In this document: positions 26,818 through 35,972 of the stretch, piece after piece
How the letters are laid out: every line of letters begins with the position of its first letter
Numbering within the stretch: position 1 is the stretch's first letter
IMG/VR virus record: IMGVR_UViG_3300005096_000103
Span: 1 to 64,000 of that record
Length of the DNA: 64,000 nt
Origin: a virus
Direction: 5' to 3' (one strand)
The notes under the pieces: generated by a model
What the model saw: only the letters and a program-made list of their open reading frames with translations
What the model was told of the DNA's origin: nothing
The model's database searches: none
Made by a program: the position numbers and the translations under genes

Positions 26818-27789
26818 TTACGTCAAGAAGTTGTTGAGTCGTGCAAAGCCTCGAAGGTAGTCTAACGCCTCTGACCTGGCAGCTTTGATGCTAGCGAACT
26901 TTGTAGTTAAGGGACTGCGGCGGAGTACAACGTGTTGAGCCATCTTAGTCTGTGAAGCTTCGTAAGGGATCTTATAGTTGTATGGGCTATACGAGTCTGC
27001 AAGGCTAGACCCTAGGATAGAGGCCTCCTTTGGGTCTGAAGCTTGGTAGTCTAAGAAAACCCTGTCAACTTCAGATTGAGAACATCGTTCTAGATCTTTC
27101 CCTAAAGATACTACGAGATCTGTATACCGAGCACTCGCAATCTTAGCCCGAGTCTCAAGCTCTGCATGTAGACAGCTAAGCTTATCCCTCATATCTAACG
27201 CAGCACTACGCTCTACAACCTCTCTACACTGTCTTTCCTCCTCCTGAGCAGGAGAAGTTTCAGTATAGGATGCCAGCTTAGTTCCAAACTCTGCACCCGC
27301 ATGTTTTTCTAAGACTAGCTTCTCTAAGACTAGCCTCTCCCTCTCGTTAGGTAGTGGACGTGCATTCTCACCAAACACAGGGTCGTAGGTGTAGGAAGCT
27401 AAGTTAGAACTTGTTCCGCTAGTTGAGCTGGCGTACTTGTCAAAGGTCTCGTAGCGAGATACACCGCCTGTCTTAAAGGACGCAGCCTGTTTTGAATTCG
27501 CTGTCTTAGTAGTCTTGGACCCACGCCCTAAAGCTTTAAGTACTTTAGTAGGGTCAACGATATCAAAGTCAACAAACCTATCAGGCTTAGAAGCTGAGGA
27601 CATCTTATCCATCGAGTGCAGGTGTGCCATAGTGTTAACACGCTCAACAAGCCTACGAACCTGCTTCTCGTTAAAGCCTTCACTCCGTGCTTCTTTAACT
27701 GTGGTACTAGCCAGCGGTGTATCACTACTCTCAAACTGTGAGATAGCGCTGTTAGCTATTTTGATGTACAACTTTTCACGGACTTCCAT
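26818..27789 (-). CDS. Putative internal head protein (KxA-rich)
   Basis: 323 aa; at least 9 KxA motifs. Confidence 0.75.
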   Translation of the reverse strand: MEVREKLYIKIANSAISQFESSDTPLASTTVKEARSEGFNEKQVRRLVERVNTMAHLHSMDKMSSASKPDRFVDFDIVDPTKVLKALGRGSKTTKTANSKQAASFKTGGVSRYETFDKYASSTSGTSSNLASYTYDPVFGENARPLPNERERLVLEKLVLEKHAGAEFGTKLASYTETSPAQEEERQCREVVERSAALDMRDKLSCLHAELETRAKIASARYTDLVVSLGKDLERCSQSEVDRVFLDYQASDPKEASILGSSLADSYSPYNYKIPYEASQTKMAQHVVLRRSPLTTKFASIKAARSEALDYLRGFARLNNFLT

Positions 27790-27815
27790 ACAAGCCTCTT
27801 GGTTCTTAAGCGTTC

Positions 27816-28616
27816 TTAAGCAATGTCTTCAGGATCCAAACGGTCACGTAAGAGTGCTTGCTTCTTATCAAGCTTACTCTTCCGTAGGTCTAGGATCTTA
27901 GCTTCTAGTACAATCTTAAAGTCCTGTGATCCACTGACGTGCGCGTCCCGGATAGCGGGTAACGATTCAGCAGACCTGAGGAATAGTTTAGCAGCATTCT
28001 GCTTTTCTTGTATCTCTTTCAACGTCTTGTTAGGACACCTTGCATACGCCACGTATTGATTCGTGGCAACACGAGTCGTAGCGCGAGGGAAGTTTATCTC
28101 GTCTGTGTACTTAGCTAGCACTGCGTCTTGCTTAAGTCTAAAGGCACTAGATAGACTAGCGTTCATCTTGAGTGTGTCCCGCTCCTTAGCACTCATCCTC
28201 CTGTATGCTGCAGGAGTAGCCTTACTATTCCTAGCACAACTTTCTGCATAGGCTGCACGTTCTAGTCCGTGTGCGAATACAGAGACGTCAAAGAATACGA
28301 GACCATAGTTCGACACGAACCCCGTATCTGAGATGCTCAATGCACTAGCTATCTCAGCGTTTGTACACCCTGCGAATAACAGAGTGTGCATCTTAATTCT
28401 CTGTTGGCTGTCCATCCACAGCCTAAAGATCCTTCTGACACCTTCTGGTACAGCAGCGCCTGTTTCGCCCTGTAGAACTCTTAGTACTGCGTCCATAAAC
28501 GCATTGTCGTCTCTTAGTAGCGCAGAACCTCTACGCTCTGAAACTCTATCAAGCATCTCCTTGATCTTGTACTCAGGATCTGGGAGGCTTAAGTCTATAT
28601 TTATAGATACACTCAT
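27816..28616 (-). CDS. Hypothetical protein with HTH-like segment
   Basis: 266 aa; GCTNAEIASALSIS resembles a helix-turn-helix. Confidence 0.65.
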   Translation of the reverse strand: MSVSINIDLSLPDPEYKIKEMLDRVSERRGSALLRDDNAFMDAVLRVLQGETGAAVPEGVRRIFRLWMDSQQRIKMHTLLFAGCTNAEIASALSISDTGFVSNYGLVFFDVSVFAHGLERAAYAESCARNSKATPAAYRRMSAKERDTLKMNASLSSAFRLKQDAVLAKYTDEINFPRATTRVATNQYVAYARCPNKTLKEIQEKQNAAKLFLRSAESLPAIRDAHVSGSQDFKIVLEAKILDLRKSKLDKKQALLRDRLDPEDIA

Positions 28617-28661
28617 CTTCTTTACAGTCCAGAGTCAGCGGCTTACCCTACACTATAAACC

Positions 28662-31262
28662 CTATACTGTCTCCCCTGGTAATACAAGGCTCTGTTGATA
28701 CATCGAGGCAGTTATGTCGCCTAGATCTTTGATCTGCTTGTTAAGCCGATTAACTTGCGAGTCGAATTCTACTTCCCCCATCTGTTTCCTAAAGTACGGA
28801 GCTTTCATATATAGCTCAAGCAGCGTCCTAGAAAGCTTATCAATAGTATCCTGGATCTGAGGTAAGTAGTCAGACCCAAAGTTATCAATGTTAGTATCGT
28901 TCATGAGACTAGCAATTGCTGTAGCCTCAAAGCTGCCCTCGGGCATACCTTGTTGCTCTGGAGCAGCGTTAGGATCGTTAGGGTCAACAGCGTTAGGGTC
29001 GTTTGGATCTACTGCAGCATTAGGGTCAACAGCATTAGGATCTACTTCTGCGTTAGGATCGTTGGGGTCAACAGCGTTAGGATCCTCCCCTTCAACACCC
29101 ATTTGTTGCTCAGAGTCTACTGCGCCCTCGACAGTATCAGCTGAGATCTCGGGAGCTGTAGTAGGTCCCCACAGGTCTTTCTGCTTTGCGAACTCGCGTA
29201 TCGACGCGTAATCTGTAGGAGGCGCTCCCTGTGCTAGAGCCTCGGCTCTACCCTGTAATAAGTTAACAGCCTCCTCACGTGCATCGAGTATCCTGAGTTC
29301 ATCAGCAAAGGACCGCTGGATCTCCTCGCGCTGAGCTTGGATAATCGTGATGATATCCTGCATCGCTACGTCTAGAGGTCCAGGAGCTTGCTGCTGTTCT
29401 TGCATAGCTACAGCCTGGTTGTAGGCGTCTTGCTCAGCAGCTGGATCTCCTTGAGGAGCGTTCGGATCTTGAGCAGCTGGGTCTCCTTGAGGAGCGTTCG
29501 GATCTTGCTCTTGTGGTACCAGCTCTTGGCCTGCGCCGTCTAACGGTACGTGCTCTGCAGCAGTCTTACAAAGGTGATAGTTCGACCCGACGTAGAAGTC
29601 GAAGCTGGAATGCTTGTACATACGCTCGACTCTTCGCATAACGTTACGCGTCGAAATGTAGCTTAGGTCATGCTCACCGATTAACTTTGCTACAGCTGCA
29701 GACTTTGTGACACGCTTCCCATCGAGGTGGAGTTCCCCGATAGAGTCTTTACTCACATGGACTTCGCACATCCCAGCGCCTAGAGTCTTGTTCTCCAGCA
29801 TCCTGAAGATAGCTGAGGCTCGACCCACTAGCGCACTCAGCGGCTTAACTTCTTTGATGCTGACAAAGAAAAAAGTCTTAGGAATAATAACATCAGCTCT
29901 ATCACTAGCTGTGTTAAAGATCTCGATATCATGAGCAGGATAGGGTCCGCCCCTAGTGATAGTTAACACCTTGTTTGTACCTGGGATCTCAGCTGCGATA
30001 CGTTCTACACCGTCTGAGATTGTGATGCGCTTAACATTCACAGGTAGCGTTGTTGAGTACTGTCCACCTTGTAATAAGACATAGAACCCAAGACCCATCT
30101 TAGTATCAGGGGTAGCCTTGCTGAACAGCTCCTCAATCACAGGGCGCTCGTTGTGGATAACGCCTACAGAGAACTGCCTAGGAATCCCCTGACTCGAAGT
30201 ATAGTAATCCCCCTCAACAGTATAGATGAGTATCTTCCCCTGGCGTATCTCACTTCTAAGATTGCGTAGATCGTTGTTTGCGTAGACAGAGTAGATGTCA
30301 TCGTCGCTAGAGAACCCTGGCAAAGCTTTGCGCATCTTTGTAGATGGTTGAGCTAAATCAATGACTTTGTCTGTGATGAAAGCTTCGGTAACGCTCCCAT
30401 CAGCTTTGTACACTGTATAAGCACCTGGGGGACCAATCGTTGTTAACCTAACGAGGTTCTCCTTAAACACAGCAGTCTTGGTAAGATGCTGGTTACGCTC
30501 GTCTGCTATCACATACCCCTGCTCGTAGATGGATGCGAGAGCTCTAGGGGCTGCAGTCTTGAATACTACTCTAAGAATATTATGTGGTGTAGTGTCATCA
30601 TAGATCCCGACTTGTTCACAGATAGTCTCGCTTGCGAGCTTACTAACCAAGGCACTGTCATTCGCGGCTAGTACACTCGCCAGCTTCTCGTAGCCATACT
30701 TACGCACGACGTACGTAGCAATCTTGTCAGAGTTCTTCATATAGTCTAAGAACGCCAGCTTGATATTATTCGGCGCTTCAGACAGGAAGTAGAGAAGTGA
30801 CTCTTGTGGACGACACGACGCGAAAGAGTAACGCCCTGTCTGTGGAGGCTGCATGATGTGCCGCAAGTCCCTGTCAGTGTTAACACTGTCCGGCATCTCT
30901 CTAGGTGTGCCGACTGAGATTGGGATATCCGTCTGGGCGATGGTGATCCACTTCTTATCAAATGGGACAAACCTCTTCTTCTCTACGAGATACATGACAC
31001 TCGAAGGAAAAAGCTTACCTCCTGAGACAACTGTAGGGACTTGTACTTCTGTACCCCTAAAGACGAGTTGAACGACACCCACCCCAATGTCGTTGTACAG
31101 GTCCACCTTCTCGACTCTAAACCCTGTGATACTCCCAGCTAAGTCTGGGTGCTTCTGAGCAAAATTGTCGTAAGCCATCGTGGCAAACTTTTGCTTAAAG
31201 GACTCCTCAGCATCAGTAGAGCTTTGACCTTCTGAGTACATCTGCGTCTTTGGTGAAATCAT
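28662..31262 (-). CDS. Large putative internal virion protein with acidic DPNA repeats
   Basis: 866 aa; at least 8 KxA motifs; QDPNAPQGDPAA x2 and (DPNA)n low-complexity tracts. Confidence 0.8.
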   Translation of the reverse strand: MISPKTQMYSEGQSSTDAEESFKQKFATMAYDNFAQKHPDLAGSITGFRVEKVDLYNDIGVGVVQLVFRGTEVQVPTVVSGGKLFPSSVMYLVEKKRFVPFDKKWITIAQTDIPISVGTPREMPDSVNTDRDLRHIMQPPQTGRYSFASCRPQESLLYFLSEAPNNIKLAFLDYMKNSDKIATYVVRKYGYEKLASVLAANDSALVSKLASETICEQVGIYDDTTPHNILRVVFKTAAPRALASIYEQGYVIADERNQHLTKTAVFKENLVRLTTIGPPGAYTVYKADGSVTEAFITDKVIDLAQPSTKMRKALPGFSSDDDIYSVYANNDLRNLRSEIRQGKILIYTVEGDYYTSSQGIPRQFSVGVIHNERPVIEELFSKATPDTKMGLGFYVLLQGGQYSTTLPVNVKRITISDGVERIAAEIPGTNKVLTITRGGPYPAHDIEIFNTASDRADVIIPKTFFFVSIKEVKPLSALVGRASAIFRMLENKTLGAGMCEVHVSKDSIGELHLDGKRVTKSAAVAKLIGEHDLSYISTRNVMRRVERMYKHSSFDFYVGSNYHLCKTAAEHVPLDGAGQELVPQEQDPNAPQGDPAAQDPNAPQGDPAAEQDAYNQAVAMQEQQQAPGPLDVAMQDIITIIQAQREEIQRSFADELRILDAREEAVNLLQGRAEALAQGAPPTDYASIREFAKQKDLWGPTTAPEISADTVEGAVDSEQQMGVEGEDPNAVDPNDPNAEVDPNAVDPNAAVDPNDPNAVDPNDPNAAPEQQGMPEGSFEATAIASLMNDTNIDNFGSDYLPQIQDTIDKLSRTLLELYMKAPYFRKQMGEVEFDSQVNRLNKQIKDLGDITASMYQQSLVLPGETV

Positions 31263-31302
31263 TAAGTCCTCTACTACTGGAAGGGGGTCTAGCTAATAGT
31301 GA

Positions 31303-32337
31303 TTAGGCGTAGCGCATGTGGAGGTCACGCATATAACGCTCATGATCTGCAACGTTAGAGTTGCGGAAGTTTTCAACAGCAGCAAGCTTAACCTCTGGAG
31401 TCATACCGAGAGGCAGCTGGTTCCACACGTTAGTGTAGTAAGCCTCTGCGACTTTAGCTTCGCGATTAGGGTGTGGATACTCAGCGCCTACTACTGCACT
31501 AGCTGGAACCTTGGAACTGATTGTGGCAGACCCCGGATTAGGGAGGACTGCGTAGCCAGTAGGTTTGTTCTTCAGCTCTTGTTTGCCTTCAGCACTGTTA
31601 GTATTTTCCATCGTGTTTTGCTGTGAAGCACTACCCGAAACGATATTGGCACTAGTAGCAGGCATCCCCATCGCCATCTTCGCAAGAGCGTTGGTTACCT
31701 CGTTGAGAGGCGCTTCTGTCGGAGCAGCAGGAGCTAGAGCTGCAGCCTCAACTTCATTCTGTGCAACACCCGCAACACCTGCAGGAGCTAACGGGTGCTT
31801 AATCGTGATACCTGATCGAGCTTCCTGAGGGAGGTTCTTCACCGCCCCGCCAGGTGCCACAGCAGCATATCCGATAGGCTTTCGAGACAACTCTAAGAGT
31901 GCCTCAGCACTATTCGAGTTAGCCAGTGTGTTCTGCTGCCTGGGATCGTTGTCTACAATAGTACTGCCTAAGAGAGCTTCCTGCTCCATAGCAATCTTAA
32001 CTGGGTGGAGAATGTCTCCCATGACAAGACCAATGTCCGAGCCAAATAGCGCGGGACCTGCTCCAGCGATCTTACGACCGCCACCTTGTTCAGCAAGCGC
32101 CTTATCAATTGTAATGAGACACTCTGCAATCTTGATAACCGCTTCGTTAGATGGGCGGGAGTGCCGGTAGTCTTCCCCAACCAACGATAGAGGACCCTCG
32201 AAGTCTACAGATGCCGCAGCGTAATCAGCTGCGTCTCTGAGATTTTGGACGCTAGCAATCTTAGTGATAGATCGCTGTTGTAAGTTCTCAGCGATAGCTC
32301 GGGCAACGATTCTACGGTCAACGGGGGCATTGTACAT
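31303..32337 (-). CDS. Putative internal head protein with internal duplication (KxA-rich)
   Basis: 344 aa; 7 KxA; QQNTLANSNSAE..KPIGYA / QQNTMENTNSAE..KPTGYA. Confidence 0.8.
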   Translation of the reverse strand: MYNAPVDRRIVARAIAENLQQRSITKIASVQNLRDAADYAAASVDFEGPLSLVGEDYRHSRPSNEAVIKIAECLITIDKALAEQGGGRKIAGAGPALFGSDIGLVMGDILHPVKIAMEQEALLGSTIVDNDPRQQNTLANSNSAEALLELSRKPIGYAAVAPGGAVKNLPQEARSGITIKHPLAPAGVAGVAQNEVEAAALAPAAPTEAPLNEVTNALAKMAMGMPATSANIVSGSASQQNTMENTNSAEGKQELKNKPTGYAVLPNPGSATISSKVPASAVVGAEYPHPNREAKVAEAYYTNVWNQLPLGMTPEVKLAAVENFRNSNVADHERYMRDLHMRYA

Positions 32338-32365
32338 GTTCTAGTCCTCAGTGTTTCGTCTTTGT

Positions 32366-33535
32366 TTAAACTCTAGCTAACGCGCGGAGTCCCCCGCCAG
32401 TAAGCTTATCTACAGTGTATATTCCTTTAGTAACTTTCCTAGCCCTAGACAGTTCAGACTTCGTTTTATCTTGGTCAACCCACTTTTTAGGTTGTGGTGG
32501 TGCGTTACCAACCGACTCGTCTATAGACCTACGTATGACCGTACGTGGTGGTGGTTTTTCTGTACCCCACAACTTATCCACATACTTTAACTGTGGACCC
32601 ATCATACCTACCTGTAGTGCGCCTAGAGGGGATATAGCCGAGTTTATTAGTAGATTAGTCGCCTGTGCTCCTGCGCGTCGTACTTTCTGTCCGGTTGTGA
32701 CTCCAGGGCTTTTATCTGCCAGAGCAGAGTATACCACAGCACCTGGTAGAGCGTAGCCTAGTCCTAGATTTGCTGCTTGTCCAGCTGTCTGTAGTGTTGG
32801 AGATATCGCATACCTTGCAGCCTCGGCTATGTTTCCGCCTCTTAGAGCATTGTACGAAGCACGGAATCCTCTAGCGATGTCAGGATCTGGAGCTAGGTCG
32901 CCTGTTAAAACACCCCCTTTTCCGACAAGCCCGCCTTGTAAGAACCTCTCCTTTGTGACCTTACCAGGGCTGTAACCTAAAAATATATCTGCTGTAGTAC
33001 GCGCTTTTCCTCGTAACCCTGCCCGTCTACTTCTAAGCTGTATAAACTGCTCTGGTGTTAGGTCAATCCCCGCCTCTCTAAATTTATCTATGCCACCAGT
33101 TATGCCATCCTTACCTCTAAGTCTATTTCGGATACCAAGGGAGCCTAACGCATCACCTGACAGGATGCTATCTGACTTTACGAAGTCTAAGTTGTTACTA
33201 TCTGCAGAAAGACCGATGCTTTTATTATTAAATTTTGCACCGACAGAGTTTAGATCGCCCTTTAGTCTCCTAGCGTCAAAGAGCCCAGAGTCTATAGCAC
33301 CCCATCGAGTTGTTACTTTATTCTTAATACCCTTAACAACATCCTCACCTCCGCCGAACATTATACGTTTAAGTCCTGTGGCAGCACTCGGAGCTTTAGC
33401 GATATACTTGTAGGCTGAACTCGCATCATTAGCGAGACCCTTAGCTACGTCTACAGCTTTAGAGCCTAGTCCAGCAGTTTTATCCTGATGGATTAGACTA
33501 AGTTCAAGGAGGTGCTGATATCTATTCCCATGCAT
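32366..33535 (-). CDS. Basic Gly-rich putative ejection protein
   Basis: 389 aa; KTAG near the N-terminus; hydrophobic LGLGYALPGAVVYSAL and LINSAISPLGALQVGMMG. Confidence 0.75.
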   Translation of the reverse strand: MHGNRYQHLLELSLIHQDKTAGLGSKAVDVAKGLANDASSAYKYIAKAPSAATGLKRIMFGGGEDVVKGIKNKVTTRWGAIDSGLFDARRLKGDLNSVGAKFNNKSIGLSADSNNLDFVKSDSILSGDALGSLGIRNRLRGKDGITGGIDKFREAGIDLTPEQFIQLRSRRAGLRGKARTTADIFLGYSPGKVTKERFLQGGLVGKGGVLTGDLAPDPDIARGFRASYNALRGGNIAEAARYAISPTLQTAGQAANLGLGYALPGAVVYSALADKSPGVTTGQKVRRAGAQATNLLINSAISPLGALQVGMMGPQLKYVDKLWGTEKPPPRTVIRRSIDESVGNAPPQPKKWVDQDKTKSELSRARKVTKGIYTVDKLTGGGLRALARV

Positions 33536-33569
33536 TAATTAATATCCTCAGTACTTCCCGTCTACTATA

Positions 33570-35438
33570 CTAGTACTTTCCGTCAGTGCCACTACCAAAC
33601 TCTGCGCCATAGACGTAAGCGGGTATTGGCTCAAGTCCATGGATAGTATCGGACAGACCTGCTGCTGCAGCTTCGGTCAGACTTTTGCGTAGGTAACGAT
33701 GCTGCTGCTTCGCTAGCCACTTAGGACTGAGTAGAGGACTACGTGTCAACGGCTTTATTATCGGACGTACTCTAAGTTTACCCGTGTAGGTCTTGACTTC
33801 CGTAAGCCCTCTAGACTTTAGTCCTTCGATTATTGGACGCGTGAGTTCTGTGCCTGCGTTGAATTCATGTGTGTTTGCTCCGAGTATTGATCCCCGCAGG
33901 TCAGGGCTTAGCTTGACTTTAGCAGTCCGGGTTTCGTTTGTAAACTCCTTGTGCAGTGGTCCGTACGGTACGATGTCACCTGTAGTGTTATCCCCATATG
34001 GATCAGCCGTAACTCTGACGTAGTTAAGCTGTGACTTAGCTAGAAGCTCCGCGTGTCGCTTGTCTAAGTAGCTACCCGAGTTTTGATAGATAGACTGGAT
34101 CCCCTTAGCGATGTGAACTCTACCTGCGCCTAGTCCTTTGTAGGGTACGACGTCGTTAGGGAGAGGGACTCCTGTTGAAAGTAGGTCACCAGCATAGACA
34201 CTGTCTCCCGCTTTACGGATAGGGTCTATACCCGGTGGAACATACACTGTTCGTTGCTTACCCGAGTAGTTAACCGCTATGTTGAACCCGCCCTGTGGAG
34301 CAGAGTCTACTCTCTCAATTTTACCATTGTCAGAGGCTACTAGCGCTTTCTGTGTGAACGACTTTGGAAACTCTAAGAAGGCCTGGATACCTTTTAGACC
34401 ACGTAGACTGACGTCTTTCTTTGTTGCGATACGTACACCGTGCTTAGCGTTGAGGGCGAATTGCGTAAGGGGTTCACTAAGCGCTTGAGCACTGCGGACT
34501 CCGAGGTTAGTACCTATTGATGGGAACTGCCCACGCTCGTCGTACCCATAACATTTTTGGCACACGCCTTCCGGTAACTCACAAGTTAGTACACTGCGGA
34601 CAAGTAGCTCTCTTATGCCCTTACGCTTTAGGAGGGCGAGGTCCTGTGGCGTAATGACTTCGTTACGTCGTAAACCAGCTTTAGGTACATCCTTTGCAAC
34701 AAGTCTATCCACAGTAGAAGGTTCGTCTGACGACTCCATGACGCCATTAAATGTTCTGCAGTCGTCCTTAGCTACGACCTGTGCAGACATATTAGCAACC
34801 ATGATCTTAGCAAAAGCGCCAGGGTCTGCAACTGACTGCTTCGTTTGGACTGCAGCCCTCCTAGCTTCTGCGTTTGCTACCCAGACTTCCTCAGGTCGTA
34901 GACCCTCAGCATATGACCTAGCGATTAACCACGGAGTTACAGAGCCGTCACGCCGAGTAACAGCACCTGGAGAAGCTACCGTCTTAGACAGTTGTGCAAT
35001 AGAACCTCGACCACCAGAGTTGGCCATCATAGCCATATCAGATTTGTGAGACTTAACTGTGCCGAGTAGTGCATCCTGTGTATTAATTATGATGTTCTGG
35101 CGCTTAGTAACGTCACCTGGTAAAGTCGTTGAGAGAGGTCTCAGCTTCTTCATAGCCTTTCGAACAATAGGATCCCGCCTTGCGTAGTCAGGTGTGATGT
35201 CGTCAAGCCCTACAGAGATCCCTAGATAGGTCGCAGCTTCGTCCCCGATACTTTTTATCTTCTGTACGATACGACCATATGAACTAGGGTAGGTTTTCCC
35301 TATAAGGCTCAGCTTATCCTGGAGAACTCTCTTCGTGATAGGTTTATCAAACTTCGGGATCCCTTTGGGGATCTGCTCGTTAAATAACAGAGTCCCAAAA
35401 CTCATAGCCTTGTTATTCTTATTTTTCTTTGGTGGCAT
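33570..35438 (-). CDS. rpoC: DNA-directed RNA polymerase beta' subunit, C-terminal half
   Basis: Bridge helix (SYAEGLRPEEVWVANAEARRAAVQT), Zn site (DDC...C...VCQKCYG), trigger loop (SAQALSEPLTQFALNAKH), RGLKGIQAFLE, DKRHAELL. Confidence 0.9.
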   Translation of the reverse strand: MPPKKNKNNKAMSFGTLLFNEQIPKGIPKFDKPITKRVLQDKLSLIGKTYPSSYGRIVQKIKSIGDEAATYLGISVGLDDITPDYARRDPIVRKAMKKLRPLSTTLPGDVTKRQNIIINTQDALLGTVKSHKSDMAMMANSGGRGSIAQLSKTVASPGAVTRRDGSVTPWLIARSYAEGLRPEEVWVANAEARRAAVQTKQSVADPGAFAKIMVANMSAQVVAKDDCRTFNGVMESSDEPSTVDRLVAKDVPKAGLRRNEVITPQDLALLKRKGIRELLVRSVLTCELPEGVCQKCYGYDERGQFPSIGTNLGVRSAQALSEPLTQFALNAKHGVRIATKKDVSLRGLKGIQAFLEFPKSFTQKALVASDNGKIERVDSAPQGGFNIAVNYSGKQRTVYVPPGIDPIRKAGDSVYAGDLLSTGVPLPNDVVPYKGLGAGRVHIAKGIQSIYQNSGSYLDKRHAELLAKSQLNYVRVTADPYGDNTTGDIVPYGPLHKEFTNETRTAKVKLSPDLRGSILGANTHEFNAGTELTRPIIEGLKSRGLTEVKTYTGKLRVRPIIKPLTRSPLLSPKWLAKQQHRYLRKSLTEAAAAGLSDTIHGLEPIPAYVYGAEFGSGTDGKY

Positions 35439-35441
35439 GTG

Positions 35442-35972
35442 CTAGCCCCTGTACCCTTTGAACATAGTGTTAACGTCAGTGGATACGCCTAGAGGTACTG
35501 ATAGCGCTGATACGCCTAGCGCTCCACCCCTAACATACTTATTCTTAGCGAGTACTTTAGCTGCACCCCCTATCAGGCTACTGGCTGGTTTGCTAGCGGC
35601 TGCACCGGTGACAGCTTTACCTACACCCTTGCCTACTGTGCTAGCTACTGCCTTACCTACACCCTTACTTGCTAGCCTCCCTAAGAGCCTGCCCCCTAGA
35701 CTAAGTAGTCCCGCCATCTTAGCCCCCTGCCCTCCAAAGCCTCCGGAACCTACGTTCGAGGTGTCGATGTTATATGACTTAGCCCAGTTGACAGTCTGGG
35801 TTCCGCGGTGGCGCTTACGTCTAGCTGGTCCTGACCTAAAGCCGCGGGGGATAGCACTCTTGTCGAGCATGGACTGCTCTAACTCAGAGACGATATTAGC
35901 CTGCTTGTAGACATTGATGCCTGCTAAGCGACTAACTATAACGTTATGCAATTGAGTGTGTGCACTGCGCAT
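35442..35972 (-). CDS. Basic Gly/Ala-rich hypothetical protein between the RNAP genes
   Basis: 176 aa; start coupled to the upstream stop; KQAN, KMAG; hydrophobic C-terminus. Confidence 0.7.
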   Translation of the reverse strand: MRSAHTQLHNVIVSRLAGINVYKQANIVSELEQSMLDKSAIPRGFRSGPARRKRHRGTQTVNWAKSYNIDTSNVGSGGFGGQGAKMAGLLSLGGRLLGRLASKGVGKAVASTVGKGVGKAVTGAAASKPASSLIGGAAKVLAKNKYVRGGALGVSALSVPLGVSTDVNTMFKGYRG

